Shown: piece after piece, positions 30,001 to 43,900 of the stretch
Layout: every line of letters starts with the position of its first letter
Position numbering within the stretch: position 1 is the first letter of the stretch
NCBI GenBank assembly: GCA_000934665.2
Contig: JYFJ02000286.1
Coordinates: 1 to 64,000 of the forward strand
Source: Catajapyx aquilonaris
Taxonomy: Eukaryota
DNA length: 64,000 bases
Direction: 5' to 3'
The notes under the pieces: model-generated
Databases searched by the model: none
What the model was told of the DNA's origin: nothing
The model's input: the letters and a program-made list of their open reading frames with translations, nothing else
Position numbers and translations under genes: made by a program

Positions 30001-31611
30001 AGTTTTGAGGACATAGTTTCACTTGCTTTACACAGTTCGTTTACCGTTCATGTCACGTCCCAGTCTTGGGTTTTACCAGCGTGGGAAAGGGGCAATTTGT
30101 ACATTCGCAGTGCATGCATCATTTTCATTTTTTAAGAGAAAGAAAATTTAAAAGGCCAAGCTACAATAATGTTATAGGGAACATCCTTCCGAGACATGAA
30201 AAAAAGCTTATATTCACGCCATGAAGGCGATCCTTTCAGAAGTAATTGAATAACGCCAAAACCATTCGAATACTTCGCGTGCGGTGCCTAATATTTATAG
30301 ATTTACTTTGCTAATGCTCCCAAATAGTCTGAACCTCTCGGGCAGCTAATGGTTCCACATCATTTCAAAACTTACTGTAAATGTCTCCACTTCACATGCA
30401 ATGGGGTAATTTTTCAAATTATTCCGTATATTATATTTCAGTTCTAAAATAAATTAAAGTATTCCATTAATAACCTCAAACTTAAGATTTAATAAAACTG
30501 TTATGTGGACTTACAAATTCATATACGTACAATATTGTAGACTTACCATTTGTATGTATTTATTAAATATAATATTGGATGACGCCTAGAAAGTGAGGCC
30601 ACCCCCTCGCCTTGCACGTATAGTGCGTAACAAGAAGTTGAAATGAGAGTGCTTCATTATTTTGAGACTGGAATACGGTGTCGGGAACTCTGGACGAGAC
30701 CCGAAGTTCACCCCAAATGAACACATCAGATAATGTTACACCAAGGAGGTCTTGGTAGTCGTAGTTTTTAGAAAAGCATCAGGAGTGTAGCCCTCCTGTG
30801 GTGGAAGTGTTACACAGTTACAGGGACCTTAGAAGAGGAGTGTAAAGTCATGGATGTGCAAGACTGGCCCTAGGCGACAGAGCCCACGGATGGCGTGGAT
30901 GGGTAGATAAAATGCGACAGCGTACATTCAAATGTCCATATTAAAAAACCACAAAAAACCATGGGCATAATCAAACCTGCGCTGTGATTCGAAACGCGCG
31001 GCTGGCTCCCTGCTGTGCAACGCCACCTGCCGATCTCGTGTCTGAATGTTGCTTTAAAAAAAACTGAAACTAAAATTAAAATTGAATGATCAATGATTGT
31101 GTAATGCGGTATACACAGAGTATAGTACGGAAGGAAAATATGGGCAACCCCGTCATTGTTAATAAATGTTAATTTGCGTAAATTATGATAGCCTTCAAGT
31201 TATAATGGGCCCGATGGGAACTCATTTACCATTGCAAGGAAAATATAAGACAGAGATGTGCAAGCTTCAATCTTTTATTGAGGCCCTTGGTAAGAAATAT
31301 TTAAACCCCTGTATCGCAGTTGATTGTCAGTATACTTTTCAATTCCGGCTTTCGCATTTTTTCATTCGCACTATTGTGCACCTTTTCCATCAGAAATCTT
31401 TGTTCCCATCGCCAAATAGGCGATCTACAGCTTTCCTGCAGTCTATTATTATTTTGTTACCATTCTTTTGTCTGGACACGAGCATCCGAGAAAATTCTAC
31501 CTATAACTTACGCATGTGGGCTAAATCAGGTAACATGTAACACATGGTAGAATGGTGGTCCAGTAACTTTGTTAGCCATACTGCTGACAACTTCAGATGT
31601 TGATGATGATA

Positions 31612-31633
31612 TTGTTGTTGTTGTTGTTGTTGT
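31612..31633 (+). repeat. (TTG)n microsatellite
   Basis: About 7 TTG units; explains the poly-Leu in spurious ORF 31597-31827. Confidence 0.85.
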
Positions 31634-34600
31634 TAGTGCGGTACTTTTTTCTATTTGTAATATTCAATTACCGAAATCGCTACAGGCCCGATGATAAGGG
31701 AGCAAAACCCGTTGCCCAAGAGGAAACCATTCGAAATCAGGACAGGTGGCAAGCCCTACCGGCGATCCGAGTGGTATTAATCCATGAATTACCTTTTTTA
31801 TATATAAAAATTCGTAGAATCTGCTGATATTGTGACGGAGGATACACACACTTTTCATTCCGCATAATCTGATATACTGCAGTTCCTGTTTTCTGTGTGT
31901 CAAGATTAGATTCTGCTAACAGTGTTACTATAGATATAGGCCTACCCATTTGTAAATTGGACAGGTTGGTCTTTCCGATAGAATTCTATTGTGTGATGAA
32001 TAGCCTACCAATTCAGTTACAGGTATGTTGGGAATGTTTTACGCTAAGTTCTTTCGAAAGCCGCGTTACATGCCATAAAACCATTACAACCCCATCACAT
32101 AGGCTGCTGTATGTGCAATGGCCCAGAAGCGTATGGTGGTTTCTACACTAGCTATCGCAATTTGGTCATGAATCATAATACTGAACTACCCAGCAATAAA
32201 TTATGCCACTTAAGTGATGAATCCGAATGACTCAAGACAGGCATGCACAATCCATTGTACAGTACACACCCCTCGCGTACAGCAATTTTTATGGCTGTTA
32301 CACCAAATAGGCTACTTCCACATTCATTTGCAGGCCAATTACACAGGGCTATCTGCCTAAAAGGAAGCATCGTAATTTGAGTTCTATGTCATAAAGGCTC
32401 CGCGATCTTCATGCACATTATTATGCACAATGAGTATGGTCCGCTTTTGGAGGCAACGAGATTAGTTATAGTACCGTGCTAAATTAAACTGCAGTGCTGT
32501 CAATTCCGCCGGCATTCATTACTTGGTGAAGTGGATGCTGGAAGGCCACTGTTGTTGTCATTTGTCAGCAACTTGGATGGTACGACCACACCGACGCACC
32601 ATCATATGCAGCTCATTCATTTACACCAAACTTATGAGAGATGCGACGATCACACTATAATTATCATCGATACTCATCACCGTGGTCGCCAGCTGGCCTA
32701 TTGATTATCACATTTACTTCATAATATTGCCTCCGGAGTGAGGTAATGCGAACCATCTTGTGTGAACTGTACATGGAAAGTAAATTCATGCTCCTGGCAT
32801 TCGCTTGCAAATGTTTATAATGCAAACTAATATTGTACACCGATCCATCTTGTATATACCCAACCAAAACGCAATTTCACCTCAAAAAATTCCCCCACAT
32901 TGTCCAACCTGACGCCCACACTCCATAACTGACACAACCCCCCAACACCCCCCTATAATTGATGTACACAACAACAGACCCTTGACTTCCATCCCCCCAT
33001 CACCCAGCAATTACCCCTTTAAAATGGCCTTATATCCCCCCGGAGTTTTCACTCCAGTTAATTCCGCCCCAAAAAATGAGGGGGGCCTAATGATCGCAAT
33101 CAGTCCAACGCGTGTCAGTTAATCAACAGCGTGGGAAAAATGCATACCCCCCGCGCATGCCCCAACTGTTGGAATGGATTTTGAAAATCGCGATGGTTTT
33201 GATCGGTGACAGGTGGGAATGAGCACAGCAGATGAAATGCATCTGCGTGTCTCGTCTCCTTTTCATCCGCTCGCGTGAGTAGGTTTCCCCTGCATAAATG
33301 GCTCGTGGATCATCCGCCTTGTTGTGGTCTACCCCCACAAAAAAATCATGAAAAAAAAAGTAGGAATGAAACGAGAAAACTGTGGGCAAGTGACGACTTC
33401 CTCAACGTCGCACGGGCTGTCGACCAAGAGTAGATTACGTCGACTCTGCATATCATGTATGTCATATGAAGTGATGGCATCAAAATAACACTTCACTGAA
33501 ACTGTTTAAATTTTTCACATTATGTAAATATTAACACCGTATTACATTTTCAGATCACGTCCAGCATGGCCTGTGATAGGATACAGTGCGACAACAAAGC
33601 CAATTGCAACACTTCCGTCGTAACTGACACCCTGTTTTCAAACATCCGCACTTCTTCCTCCGCAGTAACACCACCGCAACCGGAATCACAAATGGCAAGA
33701 GATGGCTTCAGCTTCAATTACAAGAGCGAACGTCTGCCGAGCGAAAAATTACACCAATTCCGCCATAAGTGCCCAGCCTAATGGAAGCCTCCATTCTCGC
33801 TGTCTCTCTTTGGCAACAAACAAAAAAAATCCTCCCAAAAAAAAACCCCCCATGGAGTATCTGGTTCGAAACTATCCACGCAGTGTCAGAATCGGAATTT
33901 CAACGTTGAGCTTAACTCGTCAAGACTCACTCTCGCAAATGAATCCTCGCTTCCCCCTCTAAAAAAAGAGGGTAATAAAACGCATAATTGTTGATTAAGA
34001 CATCACCTGCAAGCCTTTTAGCGTGTTGATGTGCTCATTAAGCCCAGGAGATAGAACTCAGTCGGGCGGGAAATTTGTCCCAAAACCGCGGATTAACTTC
34101 GCCAACCACAAGGCTACAATTAGGCTGTAATTAGTGTTAATTCCAGTGATGCCACGCGTTAAGGTAGCCCTCACCTGTGGACATCGAGGGACCCATTTCG
34201 CTCGTTTTAAAAGCACATCAGGCAAATTGTGCGTACGAAAGTACTGCTACCCAAATTTGTCGCTATTAACTAATCAATTTTGCATGCACTAATACAAACT
34301 GTAATATTTCTCACGCGCAATAAAATAATATATATCCTCATCATTAATGCGTAATTTTTAATTGCATGAACGCAATTTGAGCAGTATGTTTTAGACTATT
34401 TACAGGGTATGTCATCCGATATTTCTTCCCGATAAATCATCGGTTCAACTACGCATAAAACTATTATTTCCATGACCACAGCCGGAATCAGCAGACAACT
34501 CTCCACGGGAATGCCCGAAATCCTGGAAAATATATTCGAGCAGTCCAATGCGCGTTATTATAGCACTACTTTCTGGGGTCCAGCCAATAGTCCCTCGAGG

Positions 34601-36770
34601 GTTTTCCTTACGACAGGGGCCTTCCTTTACCCTCCCAACTTCGTATACAGTGTGGGTGGGTCGCAAAAAAAAATTGCATTATTCCTCCTCCGGATTGTCT
34701 CCGGGGAACATCTCAAATCCGACCCACTCATCTTGAGGTAAGCCCAGCACGCCAGACCTGGCCATTTGTTACTACTCTCTTCATTACACCGTACGGTACA
34801 CTGTATCGTGGGGTCATACAGTACCGGCTCACAACTGCGGCCATCTGTTGGGGCAGCGTGGATGGATAGGGAGTCCGGTTCGATCGTAGAGCGCCATCTG
34901 TTCAGTGTGGTAACAAATGAGACGCCTCAGACGTCTACTGATGGCACCCCCCAGACGCCCAAATGCATATTTTACGAAAACCTCACACCCCTACTGACTC
35001 CCCATAAGTTAATCTCCTCTTGGGTTGATGTATGGGAGGCTCGTTACCTTACAGCCGGGGGAGGTGGGGGAGTGAAAAAATATGGGCGATTCTAAGATAA
35101 AGAGCGTGCCTTAATGGAGTGCATCCATCAACAATCATATTTGTAGACTAATTCAGCATGACTTGATTAAGAGAGATGTAAGTGGCCTAGTCGAGAGGAG
35201 ACGAGGTTCATTCAAAAACTGATTGATGAACGTCGGTGTGTGTGATTATTTCAACTTATGTTGTGTGATATGAATGTTTATTGGCAGCATGATTATTTGT
35301 GACATTTACATTGATTTAAATTTTCAATCTTGACATAATTCTTCTCTTGGAACCTGGATGGTGTGGCAGTAAAAGCCCAAGATCACATTCCCACTCCGGT
35401 TGGAACTTTCTCCTCTGTCCACTTCTCACTATGACTTCACTGGTCAAATTGGCAAACACTGGTCTTTAATAACCTTTGTGCCTGTTCTCTCAAGTTGGGG
35501 CATGAGAGGTAACCTACCAAAAATAAGACCGGCATGTGATATATCAAGTGCATGTTCTGGACCCAGCAAATTCATTTCACATGGTTTTATTCTAGCGTCT
35601 ACAAACACCTTCAACCTCAAAAGGTTTTGAGAAGAAAATAATCATGTGCATCAGGGACACATGAATGTGTATTTTCCTCCTAGGTTTGATGGAGACTGAG
35701 AGAAGCATTCTAGACATAAATGCCTCACTGTCCACACTGCAGTTCACCATTTTAGTTTCATGTTTCATGCACAGGATAGAAAATTATTCACCACTTCTTA
35801 ACATCACTTACAAAGTTAAATAAGTGTTTTGTAGTCTACTATAAACACTAACACAGCACTCCACCTGCACAATAAATGACAAACAAAATATGCAATTATG
35901 AGATTTCAGATGGGAATGGGGTAGGGGTGGCTGTCATCTAGTGGTAATTACCGATAGTTTTGTAGTTATCAGTGCTACTCCACCTCTAGTCCATGCTTCA
36001 TGCTCCCCTATCTAGGAAGTAACCATGCCTCACAGCTCCACCTCTCTCCAGCCACATAAGGTAAAGGACAATCTTCATAAACATTTCGGGACCAGACTCG
36101 CAGGGTCACCTGGTACTGGCAGTGGCCACCCTCATCAACATTTACATCAAATAATATGTTAAAACAACATGGTCAGCACAGGCAGTGCTATCTGCCAGGT
36201 GGCAAGATGAAAAGGTTGCTGGGACAGTTGAAATTGAACCCATGGCAATGTGTCTGGATTGAATGAGTCAGAATAAGTGGTTGGGAGATATTTTTGGACC
36301 AAGCCCAGTACTGGCTGATAGACACTACAGAAGTTCACAGAAGTTAAAAATCTGGTCGGAAATGTGCAACAGGACTTCTGTTAGACCAGTGCTTCCCAAT
36401 CTTTTTCATCTGCAACCCCAGAAAAGCGTCTCGTAAAATTCTCAACCCACAAAGATGTGCACACTGATGGCACAAGAATGACATTGCACATTCCTTAATA
36501 AAATTAAATTTTCCATTTGGTCCTCTACGTATTGGGGATAAAGATAAGCCACGCCGATCCAGCCATCCAAAACACACCTTGTGGGAAAGGCATTTTTCTC
36601 AGAAATGGTTGGGCCCACTCTGAGGGGCCATTTCTATTCTGAAAGGAGGATGGGTCACATGTCTGTATGGCCTGGAGAGAGAGGAAGTGGCTCTTACGTT
36701 ATTATCTCCTGATATTGAATCAAGGGCAGTAGTTGACTGTATACTGGTGGTTTTTGTAGCCATTCACCGA

Positions 36771-37330
36771 GCACATGCTTTGTAAAGAAAAAGCCCATTG
36801 CAGGGCATCTCACCAGGCTGTGTAGATAAGCCGATTCTGGGAAGGGGACATGCTCCCACACTTCCTCTGTCTGGCTCTCTGATGACTTAATGAGAAGCAA
36901 GTTGGATGCCATGGGACGAAGCAGGCGCCTGGTAATCAGGCTGCCCAAAACGCGGCTCAGCTGGATGTAAGGCGTCCTGGACACGCTAGTCTTCACACAC
37001 CAGACCACCTGCCAAGATGCATCAAAGCCCAACAATATTACAATCCACTGGATGACCACCCAATCCCAATGTCCCCCTCACCTTAAGGCAAGATGCTCCT
37101 CGTGCTCTTCTCTTCCGCCGTCGGTACCTGGCTACACCGTGCGTGGGCAGACCGAGAGAAGAGGACCAAGCAGAGGCCCAGAGACGCGTAAACTCAACTT
37201 CAGGGCGGGCAAAGACCAACGAGCATGCACACAAACAACACGAGGAGAAGCAGCTGCCGGAACCACGCACGACTTCTCTCCGGGGAGGCAGTGGCGCCAA
37301 CAGAAGTTACGGTCACGAAGGGCGGATTAA
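36771..37330 (+). mobile_element. Possible heavily decayed LTR-retrotransposon gag/protease relic
   Basis: One frame with two internal stops gives TCFVKKKPIAGHLTRLCR (degenerate CCHC knuckle-like) followed by GVLDT (aspartyl-protease LDT-like). Both motifs are incomplete. Confidence 0.25.
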
Positions 37331-37910
37331 TCAAACACGGGTCGTTCTCAGGGTTCAGTGCCTGCGTAATTGGCTGCTACACACATATTTGATGCAATTA
37401 AAGTGAATGCATGGCAGACCGGTTATAAGGTGAGGCCGCGACTAAATGCTTGTCAGCCTCCTGGTTGCGTCCAAAAGGACTCACAACTTACAAGACATCA
37501 CTGTGCTTGGGCTTCTGGACCAATATTTTTGCAATCAGGAATCAACCAAACTCCTCCACGACTACCACGAGGGAGTAACAACTCGGGGAAGCTGGTGTAC
37601 ATGTGGCCATAAATCCAGTGTACACTACAATAGTCACTTGTTACAAAGAGGGTCGTCAGACAGACCTTTGCATTCTCCCATCTTCCAACTTCCAGGTAGC
37701 TGCAGTTCCTTCAACTCCTCCCCACTCAAACAAACAATGAAGATTGGTCAAAAACAAAATATCTGTCCTATGAGTCCTTCCAGACGGTAATGGCACACAG
37801 GTGTACATTTCCCTTTCATAAGAAAACTTTATTGACCAGATCATACAGAATAAGCACCAAAAGATAGTGGAAGGTTACTACTTATTTCTAACTCAAAACT
37901 TGCAGGAATC

Positions 37911-40900
37911 CTACTTGCTGAGAAGATCATTGCCATTGAAAGCCTTCTTCAGTTCAACCTCCACACCATTTGTGATTGTAATGTTGTTCAGGGAGAGGTG
38001 TGGAAAACTGAAATTTTAGAAATTTTCATTAGAGGCATTCAATAAGTTTTACCCCTTTAATTGGAACCCTCAAATATTTTCTGTCACGTGAGTAGGTCCC
38101 TAGTATACTGTGAGTGCTGCCCAAAATATAACAATCACCCCGTCTATTTATTCATGGACTAGTGTAGCCATGATGTAACACCAGTGTTAGAAATGCATTC
38201 ATTTTTTTAGTCGAGGAGTACCAGGGGCCATGGCCTAGCTTCACTGGGATTGTTGATTCTGATGCAAGCTCTGGTATCAAGAGTGTCCTCTCTATACATA
38301 AACACTAGTAGTTGTACTGCTGTTTATGAATGTCATGGAAACCTAATGCCTGCCAACCTTTCATGAGTTGTCCTTCAGACGGGAACACCATAGGCAAAGT
38401 CAACAACAACTGAAACATGAAATAAGAGTGGCAAATCATGCAAGCATGATTCGATCGACTTTTTCTCATTGGGCGGGAATGAGGCTGACAACAATCTATT
38501 TCCCATTGCCAAGGAACCCAAGGAGACCCACCTGTAGACTTGGCCTTGGCAGATATAGTGAACCCAGAAAACCAGAAGTGGCTGGTCACCAGCAGTTGGC
38601 CATGAAACCTATTTTGGTCATGCTGAATCCGAAAACCGTTTGTCGATATCTCAGGTAGGTTAGGCCCTTATATCTGTCCAGAGACAGACAGATGGATGGA
38701 TGGATGGATGGACAGATAGAGCCATTCTATAAAACTCTTTTTCAATGAGAAAAAGTCTAAATGTCTTGGCAAACATTTTGCTTTGTTATCTTTGGACTGG
38801 AAGCTGGCCATGACTTTCCCTTTACATTCTCTCTACCTCCACAGCAAAAATTCCACTGGCAGTGAGCACATATCCAGACAAATGTGACAGAAACCTCCAT
38901 AGCTTATCTACTTCCTAAAGTCTGACCATTCTCAGAAGGGGCTGTGATGTAGCCTACCATATGATGCTGTTTCATAAAGCACCAATCAGAGGCAGGATCA
39001 GATGGGATACTTGAAGCTCATTGGATGGGAGAGGGAGAGGAGATGTGGCTAGGTGTCCCTTTCTGAAAACTGTTAGACTATACATATGAAGCATGTGTTA
39101 GGCATGTTTACGGTACATGACAGTCCTCTCAAATGCAATGCACAATGTGTCAGAGGCAAGTAAGTTTTGTTAGCTCTCTCAGACAAACCTGTTTATGGTA
39201 TGAGGGAGATTAGGTCACTCTTAACATTATTAAAATTATGGCTTGGTGAATGGTGAAAGCTACAGTTTAGATGAATGATGGTAGTCATTAGAAATAACTA
39301 CACAATGCATGTCAATCTTAATATACATATGTTCGCCCACCTTTTGAGATCTTCCAACTTTCCCTGCACATAGCCGCATTCTTCAGACACCTGCAGCTTG
39401 TTCTCCCCTTCCAGCCTCAGAGCCACTGCACAGTCCACAAAAGTGACACCACTGGCCTCCAAGGTGGCACCTTCTTTCAAATGCACACCAATCCAACAAC
39501 CATTCAGCCAGCAGCTTTGTAGCCTGCCATTTCCTCCTGCTCGAAAGGACACTCCATTCTGCCAGCCAAAAACCTGCAGTTGGTCCAACTTGAGGGTTCC
39601 CCCTGGTAGTACCAAAATCCCTTGGCCCTGGTTATGTCCTGAACCAACCAGATGGCAGTTGACAATGCTAACAGTTGCTTCATTTTGGACTACAATGGCG
39701 CTCTGCGAACGTGTCTCCAAGGTCAAATTTTGAATGAGCAACTGACCCGAGAATACGTTGATGAGCACATCAGCTGCACCATTGCACTGGAAAACAACAT
39801 TTTAAACTAAGTAACTCGAATTATGTGGCAATAATAGTCATAATAATAATGACAGACCTTGCATTGCATTTTTGACCATGTACCAGAATAAAGTTAAGTT
39901 CAGAAGTAGAGAGAGACTCAGGGCAATTGTCATAGGAAATGTGTCATCATTTGTAACAAGTGCTACTGTGACGGCTATAACGTAACACTACTACAAGCAT
40001 AATGGAAATATATCTGCCACTCTACATTTTCAAATAAACATTTCAGAATGTCCAGTGAATGAACAGTGAAAGAATAAGATAAAATTAGGGCCACATTATG
40101 GTAACAGAAAGCATCCCCTTCTGGTAGCCTACTAATTGCATCATGGTAATACAATTCACACAGGTTTCAAATCATTGCCATATATTGTGTTCTTCTGTTG
40201 TAGGGCCTACTTCGATTTACACTAAACGAGTAACACTGGACATTCTGGTCTGCACTATTTTCATATGAACATGGCATAGTGATAACTGATAAGTAATCAC
40301 ATGGCACACTGGGCCACAGGTACTTCACATACTGTACTGGACATCTCATTTGGACAAATAATTGCTTAACACCTACAATGATAGACTTTTGCCCAAGCAG
40401 TTATTTTTCAACAAAATGACGAGGACTTTTCGATTCAGATTCTTTCCCTTTACATGTGGTGTTGCACTTTTATCACACTTTTCAGACACCTTGTACATGT
40501 GCAGGAGAAAGAGGGAGGGAGAGAAAGAGAGTGGGAGAGGGAGAGAGGGAGAGAGGGAGAGAGAGAGAGAGAGGGAGAGGGAAAGAGGGAGAGCTCGCCC
40601 TGAGAAGCAATGTGAGGCTTACTGTTCATGTACAAGCTACGTGCATTTATGATGGTGTTTCAAAATTCACCAGAATGATTCTTATTGTAAAAATTCCGGA
40701 AAATTATGCACATTTTCACATAGCATTCATGAAATGGCAAAGAATCTGAATGACATGTGCTTGTAATGGATTTTAAAAACTGCAATGTGATGCCCAAGAT
40801 AAGGCAGTACAGAATACCCAGAAACAGGTTCCCCATACATACACAGTGGGAGGAAAAAAGGAATGAAATGTAACAGACCCTGACAATTGTCTCTCTACAA

Positions 40901-43900
40901 TCTGAGGTGACACCAATGATGTTGCCACCTTTTTCCTCCAGTAGTCCAATGGAGCCGATGTAATGAACTCCAGGTGGTACATATATTGTGCCACCAACAC
41001 TTATTTCCTCGAGAGCTGCTTCCAAGCTAGGGAAAGTCCTGCCAAAATTACAAAGCAAAATGAGGGAATTTGCACTTCAGATATTCAAGTCATCTCCAAG
41101 CTGAGTACAGGAAGTCCCTAGTTTACGAACAACCCAACATAAGGCAATCCATTCTTACGGACGGGCTCCCAAGGCGCCCCATAAGGATAATTTTCCCTTC
41201 TTTCCCTTCCTCACTTCTGCATATGTTGACTGACACCAAATTCAACATATACAGTATAGCCTGCCGCAGGGGTATNCCCCCCCCCCCAGGTAAAAATATA
41301 TAGATTTTATACGGTACCACAGGGTTCATATTCGAAACAGAAACATGTGCAGCAAGGGAGATTTGAATGGGTGTGTATTTGATGAAATTGGTAGCCCTTT
41401 TTCCAAAAAATCATGAATTAGTAATTTCTAATGCTATTTCAAACTGTCCTGCATATTGTCGCGGTCCAGACAAAATTGCGCCGCGGTCCGCCAGTTCAAT
41501 AGCCCTGGCCTACTGTATAATAAATAAATAATTAATTTGGAAACAGCTTTGTTCCATGCAAGTGAACAAACCCATACAAATATGATGTAAGTGGTTCGTT
41601 GGCACTGCATCTTTATGCTAGCCTCTATTATTATTGCCATATATACAAATAAATTGTTCATCAGGGATCTGAGTTATGTGCAAATCCGACTTACAGGTGT
41701 TCCCAGAAACATAACCCCTTTCATAGACAGGGACTTCCTGCATATTACAAAAAATGTAGTGACAATCAGAATGAGCTGTAAGTTCTCCACACCAAGAATG
41801 TACAGGAAGTTTCGCCATTACCATAGTAAAACCCTAATTACCTATGAAATGTTAAAACAAACACAGACTGCCTTATTTCTCCTTGTTCATCACTTTCCCT
41901 CTCCATCTTATCCATCCAATAAGCGAGATTCTTGTTATGTGGGTAAAGCAGAAAATTAATTTCAAATTTCGAGCCCAACTTGCCAATGGACTAACCATTC
42001 CTTTATGTGTGTCATCATATCATAATTATCATTTCTAATTGTGTGTGACCAAAGAACATAACTTACGCAATGCTAGGGTTGCTGTCACTTAGGCCATCAC
42101 CGCTGCCTGGTACAGCTGTAATTGTCTTCTTGCACATGGTCATAAACTGCATCAAGTCCTCCATCTTACCCTGCTTCCATACGAGGGCGGTCTGGAGCAC
42201 CATCTTTTCTTCTCCCCTTGCTACTGCCCACCCTCCCCATGGCAGCTGGCTTTCAAGAAGTAGCTTTCTTATGTCTGGATTTTCCATGAACCTCAGCCTG
42301 TTCTTCAGATCCTTCTGCTGCATGTCCAGCTCCAACAGTCTTATGGAGTATGCTGTATCACACTCTGCTGCTGTCTCATAAACTTCATTCTCAAACCCCA
42401 TCCCTTGCACAGCCTGTGAGGAGTAGGGAAAACATAACAACAAATTGCCATGCATTAGGTAATTACTCCAAAAGAAAAAATTGCCTTGACAAAATATTCC
42501 CTCCTTGAAAATGTGTACTGTTGTCAATGCAGCATATAACTACAACTGACCATTTTCTACTATGATCAAGGCAGATTTGCCTCTCATCAACCTGCAGCCT
42601 CTGAAAAAGGCCTGCTGCTTCAAGTTAGTATCAAATGAAATATTTGCTACACTTCACTTAGATACTCACCCTGACCCATATGTAAAAAATTGCACGTCAC
42701 TAACAGTAATGGTTTATGTAATCAACAGTAACATGATATGAAAAAGTACATTCCAAGCAATTAAGACAATTCATATTTCATACCGATATCTTGTCAATCT
42801 CAGTTTGATTTATCCTGGCCTGCCGCATCTGCTTCACTATTTTGTGTGCAACGAATTGCTCAATGGAGCCATTGTCCAGGTCATGCAGGCTGCAATGATC
42901 AACCAAAATTACTATTATACATACCAACTGGATCATGTAACTACTCACAATTGGATCCTCGACTCCAAGTAAGTTCCTGTCCAATCCTCACACCTGTCAT
43001 ACTCATCCCATGGGTACCATATGTAGGAGTAAAAGAACCTGTGAATCAATCACTAATTACTGCTCTGTTACACTCTTTGCACACCAATAATGCCAGTATA
43101 ATATTACTAATTCCAAGTCCACCTCATAAGGGTTTATTTCATTTATGCTACCAGATCCACAAGAAAATGTCAGACATCTCACATGTCCACTCACAGTCAG
43201 ATTCTCACGATCTCTGTACTGTACAAGATTGGACACTGAACAACATTGCATCTCTTACCATATTACGCTGAAAAGAGTGGCATGCCAGTAAAAATGCAGT
43301 GAACAGCTTCGAGAAAACATGAATCTAGTGGCTACACAGGGTGAGGAGAAACTCGTGCCGAATCGCCAGGAAGACTGATAGTAGCTACTCGAAAAACTAA
43401 TATAGGGATGTGCAATTAGTTTTGGGTGTAGTTAATGCAAACGGCGTCTTTAAAGTGTAGAGGGCCAGGTGGTAAAATATGAAGTAAAAAGACAAAGTGC
43501 TCAGGTGTCACACCTGGATTCTTACTCTGACAGGATTTGATCACCTATTGCACATGGACGATGCGTTAGGGGACCAGGGCCGGATTATTCGTAGCCCTCG
43601 AGCTGACTTTTGCTTCTTTGAAACTGGACGAGAACGCGGAGTGGATGTGATGTCACAAAACTTTAAAGGCGCCGTACACATTACCTAAGCTACGGTGGGT
43701 TTCAGTTGTGTCTGGCAACCCTACTTTCCGAATGCCAGAAATCCCATGCAGTCTTGAGTCTTTTCCTGGGTGGATTATGGGCAGCAAAATGAACGCAGGA
43801 CCCCTCGACCTCCCTGCAACTCTCTGCTGCAAGTCTGCAACTTTGTGGGCGGGCACTCATTTTGCTGCCCTATACCAGCATATAATGCAGTATTACAAAG

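Noticed and set aside
58..35630. Numerous 60-209 aa ORFs in the ORF track (e.g. 21730-22359, 18940-19350, 16782-17177)
   Set aside because: No recognisable domains, they overlap on both strands, and no consistent splice chain could be built. This is what chance ORFs in non-coding animal DNA look like.
41276..41276. Single N beside a poly-C run
   Set aside because: Assembly ambiguity rather than biology; it may explain the missing left end of the nearby MITE.
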